Shown: in pieces, positions 37,090 through 50,187 of the stretch
Position numbering within the stretch: position 1 is the first letter of the stretch
How the letters are laid out: each line of letters starts with the position of its first letter
Assembly: GCA_964036045.1 (NCBI GenBank)
Contig: OZ038378.1
Coordinates: 95,976,001 to 96,040,000 of the forward strand
Length of the DNA stretch: 64,000 nt
Source: Eutreptiella sp. 'Long Island Sound 2002'
Taxonomy: Eukaryota > Protista > Euglenida
Direction: 5' to 3'
Notes under the pieces: generated by a model
What the model was told of the DNA's origin: nothing
Seen by the model: the letters and a program-made list of their open reading frames with translations, nothing else
Databases searched by the model: none
Translations under genes and position numbers: made by a program

Positions 37090-38290
37090 GGTTGCTGCTG
37101 CTGCTGCTGCTGCTGCTGTTGTTGTTGTTGGGATGAGAATGCGATGCAGGGACCTCCACTCGCGACAGCCTACCATCACGTTGTGACCCAGCAAACACAC
37201 ACAACGGCCAGACAACCACACACACTAGCTGCCTCGTGTAAAGCAAGTGGCACCCTCCCGCAAGGCGGTCCCAAACCCTGCAGACAGGAGCACCATGAAA
37301 TAATATGGTGGGTAACTGGCCGCCAAGCGGTGCTGGGCATCCAGTGCTGAGCCCGAGTTGCGCCAGAGGGAGAACATCCTCCGCCTGAGGACCCCACACC
37401 CACCACACCAGGCACCAGGGTCCTGAAGCTGGCAAACTTCTCCACCTCGCACGACCAGCACGCGCTCCCGCGAACGCTCCTGTGCGCGCAGCAACCGCGC
37501 CACGAGCACTGCGGAAGAACGGAGTAGTGCACGCCGTGCGAAACCGCGAGCCCCGCGACACCCACCGATGAGCGGCAGCTAGATCAGTAACGGGGCGGGG
37601 GTTAGTTGCAGTGAGCTGCTGCATCTGCAGCATGTATGCTGCAGCAGAAACGTAGCAGCTGCAGCTGCAGCACAAAAGCAGCAACTGCAATGCTGCTGCA
37701 TGACAGCTGCAGCAGACAAGCTGCCGCAGCCACTGCAGGTACAACAACTGCTGCAGCGGCAGCAGTCGGAATAAGGCTGCTGGTGCAGCAACGCCATAGC
37801 CATGTCACACCTATTGCAGCCGAAAAGCAGCTACTGTGACTGTAGCACGAAAGGAGCAGCAATGCTGCAACATGACAGCTGCAGGAAACCCGCCGCAACC
37901 CCTTATCACGACTGCAGCAGCTACTCGCAGGAAGGCTGCTGGTGCCGCACCCCATAGGCCCTAGGTTGGTAACGGGGCGGGGTGGCTGCAGAAAGCTGCA
38001 GGGAGCAAACTGGAGCAGCAAAAGTGCTTCAGCAACTGTAGCATGACAGCCGCCGCATTAGGGCTACAGCCAAGCAACTGCAGAAAGTGGAGGGTGGAAA
38101 GGAAGGGGAAAGTGAAGCTGTGGAGGGTGCAAAGGAGCAGGTACAACACCCACATACTCCCTGGATTGGTAACAGGACGGGCTAATTGCAGACCAGCAAC
38201 TGCTGCATGGTAGAGAGACTCTACTTAGCGGCTACAAAGTGGCTGCTACATAACAGAGACTGCTGCATAGCAGAGAGTGCACTGTCCCTC
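37090..38290. repeat. (CTG)n(TTG)n microsatellite and degenerate CAG/CTG-rich low-complexity repeats
   Basis: Trinucleotide run at 37090-37130; repeated GCAGCAACTGC/ATGACAGCTGCAG blocks at 37600-38290. Confidence 0.75.
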
Positions 38291-38899
38291 CCTTCCTCTC
38301 TGCCTCCCTCCTGGATAATGGTTCCATGAGTGCAGTGCTTTTGCAAGCTGCTTGGGTTGCGGATTAGTGGCTAATGGGGGGGAGGCGTGTGGCATGGTGT
38401 GAGTGTATGGTATGGGATCGAAGGGAGAGTAGGTGGGAGGGAGAGGGGGCGCGTTTTTGGGCAAGCATTGTAGCACATTTGCCCAAATATTGCGCAGTCA
38501 TTGTGCCCCAAGACTGTGCATTTTGCCCAACAAACAAGTGTGGATCACAGCTGGTGGGATGCCGCAAGATGAGCCCATGTGTTGGGCCCCTCGCCCAAAT
38601 GTATGTTATCAGCAGCCCCTCATGGGCTACTACTGCCAGAATGCACTAGTGGCCATTGGCCAATGTATCACCCAACTCCCATGGTAGCGCATGTGTTGGC
38701 ACTCCTACATCAGTAGATGGACTTTGACTTGGGTGTGCGCAGCAGTGGGATGCTGCGTGGAGTGCATTCTGGGGGCAAGTGAGGTACGAGTTGAGCATGA
38801 TGTGTAGGATTGGGGCGTTCACATGCAGTGAAAGCCAATGGACATGTGCCAAACGTAAGTCGCTTATTTTTTTATTTGGCGTCAGTCAGTTATCATTTT

Positions 38900-39330
38900 T
38901 TTTTAGGTCTAAGTTGACTGTGAAAAAAAAAAGTAGAATGTATGGCACGCGACTTACAATTTTTTTTTGTGACGCGACCTAGATCTACAAACGAACGGTG
39001 CGCGCTTTATGCCTTATTTTCCCAAAAGAACAGCGAGTTACGCTTTTTTTGTTGCACGACCTACGGTTTTTTTGATACGTGACCGACTGCCAAAAAAAAA
39101 ACAAATAAGCGATTTACGCTTTTTAAAAAAAGCGAGGTATGCTTTTTTTGGTATACGACCTACACTTTTTTTGATTTGCGACCTGCAACCTAAAAAATGA
39201 ATAAGTGAATTACGCTTTTTCTTTTTTTTTTTTTGCAAAACAATGAGGTACCCTTTTTAGTTGCGCGACCTACGCTTTTTTTTATACGCGACGTACTGCC
39301 AAAAAAGCAAGGTGAGTTACGCTTTTTCTG
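38900..39330 (+). repeat. A/T-tract-rich degenerate repeats (GCGACCTAC motif)
   Basis: Recurrent GCGACCTAC...TTTTTT...AAAAAA blocks. A related block lies at 45440-45600. Confidence 0.6.
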
Positions 39331-40960
39331 ACGGGCCATTTCTGATTTTGTCCCTCGACAAGGCAAGGGTGAGGCATCCACTTCTGATTTGCTCCTCTTG
39401 TTTCGGGACCCCTGAGAATGCAGGGGTTTGAGTAGCACCTCCGCCCACTTGTGGGCCCCCAAGAACGCAGTGGTGAGGCAATCACTTTTGGGTTTGTCCC
39501 CTTGTTTGGGGACCCCCGAGAGTGCAGGGGTTACGTAGCACTCCCGTCCTCTTGTGGGCCCCCGAGAGGCAAGGGCGAGACAACCACTTTTGAGTTTGTC
39601 CGCTTGTTGTGGGACCCCCGAGAATTTAGGGGTTACCTAGCGCTACCGCCAACTTGTGGCCCCCGAGGAGGTACGGGTGAGGCCACCACCTCTGATTTTG
39701 TTCCTTTGTTTCGGGACCCTCGAGAATGCAGGGGTTACATAACACTTCTGCCCACTTGTGGGCCTCTGAGAAGGCAAGGTCGAGGCAGCCGCCTCTGATT
39801 TTGTCCCCCCTTTTTGGGGACCCCCGAGAATGCAGGGGTTACATAGCACATCCGCCCTGTTGTGGGCCCCTGAGAACGCAGGGGCGAGGCAGCCATTTTT
39901 GATTTTGTCCCCTTTTTTGGGGACCTCCGAGAATCTAGGTGTTACATAGCACTTTCGTCCACTTGTGGGCCCGCGACAAGGCAGGGGTGAGGCGGCCACT
40001 TCTGATTTTGTCCCCTTGTTTGGGGACCCGTGAGAATGCAAGGGTTAAGTAGCACTTCCTCCCATTTGTGGGCCCCCGAGAAGGTAGGTTCAAGGCTCCC
40101 ACTTTTGATGTTGTCCGCTTGTTTGGGGACCCCTGAGAATGAAGTGGTTGCATAGCACTTCCCCCCTCTTGTGGGCCCCCGAGAACGCAACGGTGAGGCG
40201 GCCCATTTTGGTTTTATCCGCTTGCTTGGGGACCCCCGAGAATGCAAGGGTTACACAGCACTCGTGCCCACTTGTGGGCCCCCAAGAAGGTAGGGGTGAG
40301 GCAGCTACTTCTGATTTTGTCCCGTTGTTTGGGGACACGTGAGAATGTAAATATTACGTAGTACTTCTGCCCACTTTTGGGCCCCCAAGAAGGCGGGGTC
40401 GAGGCATGCTCTTCCAAATTTGTCCCCTTGTTTCGGGACACCCGAGAATGCAGGAGTTACGTAGCATTTCCGCCCACTTGTGGGCCCTTGAGAAGGCAGC
40501 GACGAGGCAGCCACTGCTGATTTTGTCCCCTTGTTTGTGGACCCCCGAGAATGCAAGGGTTACATAGCACGTCCACCCTATTATGGGCCCCCGATAAGGT
40601 AGGGGTGAGGCAAGCCCTTTTGGTTTTGCCACCCTGTTTGGGGACCTGTGAGAATGCACGGGTTACGCAGCACTTCCGCTCACTTGTGAGCCCACGAGAA
40701 GGTACGGTCGAGGCACCCAGTTCTCATTTTGTCCCCTTGTTTGGGCACCCCCGCAAACGCAGGGGTTATGTATCACTTCCGCCCTCTTGTGGGCCCCCGA
40801 GAAAGCAAGCATAACGCGGCCAGAGTTACACTTTTTATAGAAAGCAAAAGGGTGTCATGTTGTTTTCTTGCGCAAGGTACGCTTTTTCTATCCCTTGCTG
40901 TGAAGCATTGGGGACCCCCTAGACGGCAGGGGTGATGTAGCCACTAGGCCCACTTGTTGG
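39330..40960 (+). repeat. ~102-bp minisatellite, ~16 units, two hairpins per unit
   Basis: GAGAATG-like anchor at 39414, 39518, 39620, 39722, 39826. Hairpins GTCCCC-ttgttt-GGGGAC and GCCCAC-tt-GTGGGC. Confidence 0.9.
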
Positions 40961-41970
40961 CCACGTCCGATCTTGCCCCTCACTTGGAGTTGGGGTCTAG
41001 GACTAGCTACTTTTGCTTTTTGTACTTTGCACTAGGACCCTAGCGTGCCTCGAGCGTGTTGGCGAGCAGGTACAACGGCTCATCACACCGTTAGGTTTGG
41101 GGTGTTGTGCCCCCCTTTGCTTTGCACACAGGGGCGTCCCAGACATACCCATTTGATATTGGCATTTCTTTGCACACGTGGTGTGAGCGGGGAGAGGTTA
41201 TGTGGCCTTGTTGGCTATGGTCTGCGACCACCACTTGGAGTTGCTATGACCATAGGCAATACACTTGCTGGCGCCTACAAATGGCATATAACATATATAG
41301 GTAGTGCCGCAACGACTTTTCTTTGCCTGTGCGCACTTATAAAAATGTGCCATGGTGTGATAGGGTGGTCAGGTACACAATGCATGTGTGGTGTTGCTTT
41401 GGCGACGGGAATTGCATATGGACAATGTGTAATTCTCTGTTGACCGCTGGTGATGTATTCACAAGACAATGGTCTTGTGAATATGCCGTAGCTATGGCCA
41501 TAGAAAAGTGATCACTCGCGAGGGGGCAATAGGTAGCCAAGGGGCATCCTTTTGTCACTAAAGGATGGCCTTTTACAACAACACGGACGCTAAAATGGAG
41601 CTTAGAAAGGCCACACTCGAGCCGTTGCGTGTTAGCCGCCAATGGGGTTTGTGCGCAGTAATGTTGTAACAGTTTTTGTATTATTCTAACTTGCGTGGCA
41701 TGTGACAGGGCCCATCCATCTTGTGATGCCCATGCTTGCCACTCCCTCCAACGTAGCTAAGCCGTTGGATCCTGGCATGTCGAAGTAGGAGAATACTACT
41801 ATCCCTGTGACTCCAGCACGGATGGTGACCCGTCGGACACCCGCTGATAAAACCAAGCCTCTTGTTGTGGGAGATTGGCTGAGCAACAAGGACATTCTTG
41901 TGTGGCTTCGCGACAAGTTGCGCCACAATGAGCTCGATGAGCCACGGTCATGGACTACGGTAATAACATA

Positions 41971-43194
41971 GGGTATGCAGTTAAACATAGTAAAATTTTT
42001 TTTTCAAAAATTTTTTTTACTAGGTAACAGTTCACTAGGTTCACTTTTTCTTTACTAGGTATCGGGAACCTAGTAAAAAAAATTTCTTTTCTTGCTAGGT
42101 TTCAAAACCGCCAAAAACAAAAGAACTAGGCTGTAGAACTTTCGGGCCACTTGTTGGCCACTTCTGATCTTGTCCCCCGCTGTAAGGGGCTGTTTTCCAC
42201 TGGCCAGGTGAGGCAGGGTTGTCCCTTAGGACCAATTTTTTTTTGTTAAGGACCGCCCTTAAGGACCCCCACTATGGGATTTTTTCCAGGAGCCTGGCGC
42301 GGGCCACTTTTGTTTCCCTCCCCTTCTGTAGTGCACCCCGAGAACGCGGGGGTGACGTAGCTCTTCCGCCCTTTTTTGGGCCCCCGAGACGCTAGGGGTG
42401 AGGCAGCCACTTCTGATTTTGTTCCCCTTTGTTGGGGAACACTTATGCTTTTGCTCCCCTTTGTTGGGGATCCCCGGGAATGCCATTTTGCCTCCCACGT
42501 TCTTTCCTTTTATTTTTGATCCCCGCGCTTTCTTGCCTGGTCCCTCAAGTTGGGGTTAGGGACTCACAATCCACGGCTGGGAATTTTGCTTGAACTAGTA
42601 CAAGGCGAAAAAATGGGTTTTCACCCATGTGTCTATACTCAAAATACTCAGTTTTTTCAGGAGAACCAAATAATGTATGAAAACCAAATTGGCCCAAATA
42701 TCAATACCACCCCTGTGCATAAGTGTAACAGAGATGCCTCATACCCTAGTGGATAAAGCAGTGTCTTTGCAAAGTGGATGGTCATGGGTTCAAATCCCAG
42801 CGGGGGTAATCTGCTGACCCTCAGGCCCAGCCATAGACATCATGGGGGAATCTTCGTTCTTCGTTTTTTTGTGTTTTGATTTTGTCCCCTTTGTTGGGGA
42901 TCATTGAGAATGCAGGGATGACGTAGCATTTCCGCCCACTTGTGGGCCCTCAAGAAGGCAGGGCTTAGGCAGCCAATTGTGATTTTGTCCCCCTTTGCAA
43001 CCCCCCCCCCCCCCCCGGAATTGACCTAGTAAGGATTTTTTTTCAAAATTTTGCTTTTTTCACCTAGTAAAAAAAAACTTTTCAAAAATTTTTTTGAAGA
43101 ATTTTTCTTTTTACTAGGTTTCACTACATTTTACTAGGTTTTGCTACATTTTACTCGGTTTTGCTACGTGCATACTAGGTTTCACCAAATGCCC
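41971..43194. mobile_element. Non-autonomous Mutator-like element, 1224 bp
   Basis: GGG...CCC ends, 22-bp TIR at 16/22, degenerate 9-bp TSD (AATAACATA/GGTAACGTA), subterminal ACCTAGTAAAA motifs. Excision restores the Ulp1 frame. Confidence 0.7.
42736..42808 (+). ncRNA. Degenerate tRNA-like sequence (pseudo-tRNA or SINE head)
   Basis: A-box-like TAGTGGATAAAG, B-box GGTTCAAATCC and T-arm ATGGG/CCCAG. The anticodon and acceptor stems pair poorly. Confidence 0.5.
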
Positions 43195-44479
43195 GGTAAC
43201 GTACATTTTGTCCCGCGTGAAAATGATGAGGAAGTACAAAGACAGTAAGGGCACCAACCATACAAATGTTGGTTTGGCTTGGAGGCGCCGCCACATATTT
43301 ATTGGCAATAGTGACGATCGCGAAGGGCTCCATTGGTTTCTTGCTGCCATGGGCTGCAAAGTGCGAGTTTGGGCCTTCAAAGTCCACATTTGGGAGTAGC
43401 CTTTTGGTACTTCTCTGATCCGGCCAATGTTGAAACACTTCCAATCAAAGCGTGTTGTTGCACATGCTCGGGCTTTGGGTTTTCAAGAGGATGGTTGCTC
43501 ATGTGGGCATGAATCGCTGCATCTTTGTTATGAGGTTGGTGCCCATGGGGGAAGACTACACGACGTTGGTGTTATACTTTTGGTGAAAGGACTCCTCGAG
43601 CAGGCACTACACAGCATCCATGCATATTGCTCCCTCCGAGTAGCCGGCTATGAAGCTCAAGCCAGCGATACGAAATTGAGCCCAGTCATCACGGGCCGAC
43701 TATATTCTTCGCATGCACCCACAATGGTGTGGAGCAAACTCCAAGAAGTCGCCGAACACATGCTTGGAGATTAAAGTTGTTGGTATGTCCCACACCTTCG
43801 GCTGCGCAGGCGCATTCATGTTCCGCGCATAAGCGTCACGGATATCCTTCACAAAGAACTCCGCCAGCTCTCGAATAAATCGTTGGTTGCTCACCAACTG
43901 ACCCTCTGCGCCCTTTCGGTGCGCCTCGGGGAGCTTGACACACTTACCACGGATGCACACGTATGGACGGGCATCATCACTTGTGGGGGGGGATTGGAAA
44001 AAGAAGTGGACTGCGGGGTTTGTGGCGCGGGCTTAAAACTGCCCCTCACTGACTTCTGTTCTAGTGGCAAATACTCCGGTTTGGAGGCCGGGAAAACAAG
44101 AAACTCTCCTACCGTTGGTTCCGAGGAGGAGGCAGCAATCTTGCCCTTGGGTTCTGAAAGAGGTTCTTCTTTATCAAAAAGGAGGGGGGGAGTAGATGGG
44201 AGCGGGGACCCAAGGTTGGGGGCTAGAGCAGGACGTGACTCTCCACGCTCCGAATACTGGCGCTAGCAGCAATATGGTTCTTTTGAATCCCGCCTGCCAA
44301 AGGGCAAATGGCCTGTTTTGTTTGCGGTCATGATCAGTGTGCTCCACGCTATTGCCGCCGTATGCCGGCGATGTGTTTGAAAACCACCCTTTACGCCACG
44401 GCTGATTACTTTGCCTGTGTTTTTTGAGTCCCGGAGGTACTCAAAACGTCCGTGGGGGCTATATGCCTCACCTCCGTTG

Positions 44480-44940
44480 GTATCTATGGGGTTACATTTG
44501 TAGGGAGTATTCCGACAACTTTACCAATGTGTTTGTGTATGCATGGCAAACGGTATGGCTATCTGGAGGGGACATGGCAAGGCTACACCAATGTAGTAGA
44601 CGAATGGGTAAGGCCAACTTAGTGTTATAGTGGCCCAAGTTGCTGTGGTCACATTTGTGTATTCACCACATGTATTTCTTTGCCCGCAAGTTGAGATTCC
44701 TCTCCAAATTTTCATGCTTTGCTGTGGGATGCAGGCGCCGTAGGCTGAAGCACACGCTGCGCAATAGCGGTGGCGTAAGCCTCCCGCGTGGCCTCCTAGG
44801 CCTGCAACTTTTGGTTGACCATCACACTATAGATGACAGCCTCCGTCCGCGGGGATGTCACCAAGTGATCCATGCGTGGACAAGGGCCCATGACACTGCG
44901 GCAGTTAGCGGGGCGTGCCCGCAAGAGGACACTTAGTGAC
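44480..44940 (+). pseudogene. RAG1/Transib-like transposase C-terminal fragment (copy B, same family as 27162-31000)
   Basis: LLWSHLCIHHMYFFARKLRFLSKFSCFAVGCRRRRLKHTLRNSGG...VDHHTIDDSL aligns with copy A. The catalytic Glu position reads Gly. Confidence 0.7.
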
Positions 44941-45510
44941 CCCCACTATGTACATGTCCTCTCACGGCGTTTCAGATTCCGCAAGCGGCGGGCCTAGGAC
45001 ATGCGGAAATGCGGCCATGGCTTGTGATGGCTCCGGGTACTTGAGTTGTTGGACGCCACACGGTTGAGGTGCGCGTGTGTGCAAAAATCAATGCGACCAT
45101 TGCGCGATTTTCACGGGAATTCAGTGAATACTCGCAGACACGGAGAACGCGGAGGATGGGAATTGGCAATTTTCGGGGGCATAATGGCACCGTAGGACCT
45201 CAAAAAAGGGCCATTTCTTTTCTTAGGCTCTCGGGTCCTAAGTTTCGAGAAATTTGAAGAATACTGCTACCATCCCACCTCAATGAAAAAATTTTTTTCG
45301 TGCCAAAACTGTACATTTGTGCACCCATATTCGCGTGATTTTCGCTCTGCATTCACACCTTCCGTTACCAAGTGTTTGCAAAGGGTACATGTTTGGTGTT
45401 TCTTGTGTTTCGCCGCTTTTTTCTCTCTCGCGAAAAAGGTGTTCTTTTTTCATAGGTGACCTACACCTACAAAAATATCTGCCGACAAAAAAGCAAGTTA
45501 CGCGAAAAAA

Positions 45511-46990
45511 TCAGGTTGCGCGACTTGCACCGAAAAAAAAAAGAAAAAAGCGAGTTCCGCTTTCCACAATCGAGGTACGCTTTCCCCAATCGAAAGACCC
45601 GCAGCGGAACACAGAAAGGGGGTAGTGGTAGTGGCAGTGAGCCTGGGTGTGTACGGACACCGCATAATATTCGCAAGCGGCGACGGCCTTGATTTTCCGG
45701 ATTGCGGTTATATCCCCTCCGAGGGTGGCATGGCACGACAACGTACAACATGGTACGGCACCCCAGAGCATGGCACGGCCAACACAAGGGGCACCGGGGA
45801 TGATAGCGAAAATGGGCACGGGCAGCCACGGACAGGTAGGCACCTCCACGGAATCATCACACATCAAGCTTTGGCGTCGTGAAATTGGGAGATACCATGA
45901 TAACCGCGCCCCGATGGACCAACAGGAAGAGAAGGTCACATGTGGTGCGAATATTGGGGCAACTCCCTTGAAATCGGTATGTAGTCTTTCGATCAGACAG
46001 ATAATGGGCATAAAGTTGCGGGAAAGCATAGTGACCATATGCTTGTACGGGTGCCAAACCCATAGATGAGGGGGAGGCTTGACGAGTGCAACTGGAAGTT
46101 CCATGAAGTGTAACTCTGCCCATACAGGTCTTTCAAGAGCTTCCACACACACAGGTAAATGATGACGGGGTGCATGCTGCACATGGCGAATTGAATTTAG
46201 AAGTTTCAAGTTATCCAGTTTGGTTCCACACTGTAGTTGAAACAGCATCATGGGTTGCCAGCGGAGAGATAGCACATTCTGCTGCACAATGTCTAGGGGG
46301 ACGCTAACAAAGGTACACCGAATCATGTCAGGAAGAGCATAAACCCGCCGAAACAGATCCACATGACGAAGTTGTAAAGCATCAACACGTGCCCCTATTG
46401 TATGGACGGCATGAATTAGTGAGACATGACCCGGAAATGGTGGTGGCGTTGGTGAATGTGACACGGCCAAAGCTGTGCAATATATGGAGTGGTGAGGACG
46501 CAAGGGGTCCACCCCATAATTCTTTTTCACCAAGCTGTCGTACGAGAGCGCCATCTGATGGTTCTGCATGCTTTGCGAAAGCCAAGTTGCTTGTGGTTGT
46601 GCATTGGCAATAAGTGAGGGCATAGCTGCATGTACAAATCCTGTCGGAGCCAACAATCGGCGTGTCCTCTGGCTCAGTGAAATAGGCATTGGTACATCCT
46701 AGGTTTGTGCATGAGGGGCTGCCATCTTTCTCAAAAGTCGCCACAAGCATAGATTTGAGAAAACAGTGTACCAACAAGGCTTCTTCCGTATTCCATGGGC
46801 AACCAGCAACCGTGTGAGATCCTTCGGTGAGCGTCGATTTAGTCTAATTGCCAGGGCCGAGACAGCCAATAGCCTTGCAGACTCCCCATTGGCAACATCC
46901 GTAATGCGGTCATGAACAGTTCGAAACTCACGACTTGCCACAACCACCCTTAGCAGTGCCGGACCCATGTCCTGTGGTCACCTCACAGTA
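45511..46990 (-). pseudogene. Long degenerate ORF, possible unclassified DDE transposase
   Basis: ORFs 46699-46968 and 45511-46689 share a frame. Motif VWHPYKH. Family not assigned. Confidence 0.3.
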
Positions 46991-48589
46991 AATACTCACA
47001 TATTTGCCTCACAAGAGGGAACATGCTGTATACCAAGATTGTCGGAATGTTCATAAAATTCATCAAACGCACAAATTTCGGTACAAATCAAATCAAATTA
47101 ACATACACAAACGCAAATACACAATAAGGGCATTAAATGATCAAATAATGCAGGAGTGACGAAATTTCGCCTTTCATGAGTCAAAAGATGCATGAAAAAG
47201 GGTATGATATCGGCCAATTTCAAAGCAGTGGCGAAATTTTGCTTCCTTTTTACAATTTGGCTGATTTGGGGGTTGAAATTGACTATTCGGAATTGGAACA
47301 TTGGTATGGTTTAGAAAAAGGCTTTTAAAACACAAACTGAAACAGTGACTCGCCCCCCCTGCATTTCATACCCTAAAAAAACACCCCAGTTCGGGTTAAC
47401 AAATTCGACTTCTTGAGGGTCACCAAGGCGGGCAATTAAGGCCTCCTAAGTTTTTCCCTCATCTTTCCCTCCACATATGGCGCAAGTGCAGCAACGACGG
47501 GCGCAAGGAGCGTGGAGGAACATTGCACAACTCACGTGGGGCGCAGTGACACCCCATCCCCGTCCTACACCACATGAGCGCAGCTTTCATACCCTGCTAC
47601 CTGCGCAACGGCACAGGGAGTGGACTCAAGATGAACCTCTCAAATAGAGGGGCCTTGCGGCATCACCCAACTCAGATCTGCACCACTCTGCAAGCCGCAG
47701 AGCGCGCACTACGGTGTGGGGACTAGTCACCCAATGAAAATCAAATTGCTAATTTTCAATGGGGATGAAATGAACAACTTAATATGTTAATCCGCCAAAT
47801 ATTAACTCCCTCCTCTCCTTCTTCTTTTTGTTGTTCTCCTACTTCTCCCTCTGCTGCCCATTCGAGGAGTTTTTGCTTCACTGCTTATGGACGGCGGGTG
47901 GAGACTGCCCACGCTTGTTGAGTTGGGGCTGAAGCTTGAGCCGGACCTAGACGTGGATCTAGGGCTCCAACGCCACGTCGTTAGAAGACCTCTGCATCAA
48001 CCTGATGTGGGCAATGTCACACATAGGAATGTTTGCCTACCATCATCAACAACAACGCCCCAACACGCATCCGACGGCCCTAAGCAATGTTGCAATGCAA
48101 CTGGGGATCACTAAAGGGGGGCCACCCCAGCAGCTTGGGTCGTAGAGAGCCTAAAGGTCAGATAGGCCCCAAACAAACTCAAAGCTAGCGCACTGCACGA
48201 CGAAGTAGCACATAGAGCAAAACTTAACGGTTCTTTGGACGGTAGGACATTCTGCTACCGCAAAGAAATACAGCCCTTATTCGCCAATGGCATATGGTGC
48301 CCGAGCAGCAGTAACGGTGACGCTAGTGCATGGAGAGCAGGCCCTTAGTGTGGATGCACATGAAAACGGAGCCTTTGACACCCTAATTCGCACACATGTC
48401 CCACTCTGTCACCCTCCTTATTTGTCAAAACACCAGAGGTATTCTCACGGGGGGAGGCGACATGCTAATTCTCGACAGAGGGTATGGTTTGCCCAAACTA
48501 CCCTGTTTTTTCGAAGGGGCTGAAAAATTGTGTTAACACCCGTTTCGCACATTTGAGTTTTGTTGATTTCTCCCTGCTTGCCACCGGTC

Positions 48590-49360
48590 CCCGGGTCCCA
48601 ATCTGTGCACCCCGCAGCCCCTGCTGTCACACCAGCAATTTTTAATTTTTAGTCTGATGCTCACCAGAGGTCTCGGAGTCCCAATTTCTGCACCCTGCAG
48701 CCCCTGTTGTCATAGCCGGAATTTTTAATTTTTAGTCTGATGCGTGCCAAAGGTGCCAGGGTCCAAATTTCTGCACCCCGTACCAGCAACCCGCAGTACT
48801 GCAACCGCAAGCAGCGCAACAGCTGCAAAGCGGAATAACTCGTCAGCACCAAGTGTTGCGGCCAAACAGCGCAAGACATAAGGCAATGAAGGCGTACAGT
48901 CCCTGCATGTTGAATGTTACATGTGGGGCAAAAATATCGCCACCGGCGGCCCCCCTAAAAATTTCCGCCGGTGTGCCAAAAATGCTGAGGCCGACCTATC
49001 ACAAAAAAAATACGTCCCGAAGTATTTTGTTGCAGGACTCAAGCTTTGTTGCATGGTGGGAACACCCCAGCTCGGGTCACAAGGCGGAGCGGTCCCGGCA
49101 CGTGCCCGGCTTAGCCGTGGAGTGACGCTACAAGAGAAGTTTGTGAGCAACAGCCACACATCCAACTGAAAATTAAAAATTCCTGGTACAACAGTACGGG
49201 CTGCAGGGTGCAGAAATTGGGACCCTGAGACCAATGGTAAGCATCAGACTAAAAATTCAAAATTCCTCGTATGACAGCAGGGCTTCCAGGGTGCAGGAAT
49301 TGTGGCCCTGGGACCTGTGCCAAGCATCAGTCTAAAAATTATAAATTCCAGTGAGGGTCA
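48590..49360. repeat. Inverted clusters of ~84-bp subterminal-type repeats (MITE-like)
   Basis: AATTTTTAATTTTTAGTCTGATGC units at 48636 and 48720 with inverted copies at 49160-49350. A flanking direct repeat lies at ~48500 and ~49455. Confidence 0.65.
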
Positions 49361-50187
49361 CGCGGTGCTTTTTTGCCTTGGTTTTCGTTCAATATAAAAG
49401 TTGTCCCTTTTTTCAGCGGGCAGGTTTGAAATGTGCAAAAACCCCCCAAACTACTGCTTTTTTCGAGGGGGCTGAAAAATTTGGTTAACACCCCCATGTG
49501 CAAAACTTGCATGTCGCCCCCCCCCCCCCCTGGGTATTCTCCCAGGGCTGAAGCATTGCTGCCACATATGGTACGTGGTACTACACATACTCCGTACAAG
49601 CGCAGCAAATATAGGGGAAACCAGCTGAGTAGTCGAATAATGTTGGTTGGTTGCTGCTCCCAGCCCATTTGGTTTCACGGATGACCGCCGTAACATTGAG
49701 AGAAGCCCAAAGGGTATAGAACGCAAGGTTCACGCAGGCCACAGACCCGCTCAGCAGAACGGCATGGCCAATAACCTTTCCAAGGAAGAGTAGACAGTCA
49801 TCAAACTGGGACCACGGTCGATTTCGACGAGTTGTGGGCCACATTACCGTGCAAGGCACGGTCACGGTAGCCTCACACGCTATCCCGGGCGCGCTGGGGA
49901 CGGATATGTAACCAAGCTCGTATTTGCCGGGCCTAGGGCCCAAAGTCAGCAAGAAAACGAACAAAACCGACAGCGCTTGTGTACCGTTATCCCCCCCTCC
50001 ATTCCATCGGCACCCAAGTGTCGGCATGTATATGTTGTAGCCTCGATTGATTTCCCGGCCCGGGGATCTTTCGTCTCTACAAGGGCCAGATAAAAACTGC
50101 GGCCGGTGATGAGCGCGGTATTGAGGATGTTTGTCAACCTCCCCCAAAATACTCCAGGGGCCGCCCTGACGTTCCCCATTAATCATT

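Larger units (their letters stand above)
41822..43620 (+). pseudogene. Ulp1-like SUMO protease (peptidase C48), split by an insertion
   Basis: GDWLSNKDILVWL, then after excision WTTVITYILSRV...IFIGNSDDREGLHWFLAAM...KVHIWE*...GFQEDGCSCG (His, acid, Gln and Cys in C48 order). Confidence 0.8.

Noticed and set aside
41370-41440. FGDGNCIW resembling the OTU protease catalytic motif
   Set aside because: Only a 4-residue match in a short frame, with no downstream OTU His motif recognised.
42736-42808. Functional tRNA gene
   Set aside because: The anticodon and acceptor stems are broken and it lies inside a transposon, so it is kept only as tRNA-like.
41958-43199. 6-bp TSD CGGTAA for the insert in Ulp1
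   Set aside because: It also restores the frame but leaves no TIRs. The GGG...CCC ends with a 9-bp TSD explain both the termini and the frame.
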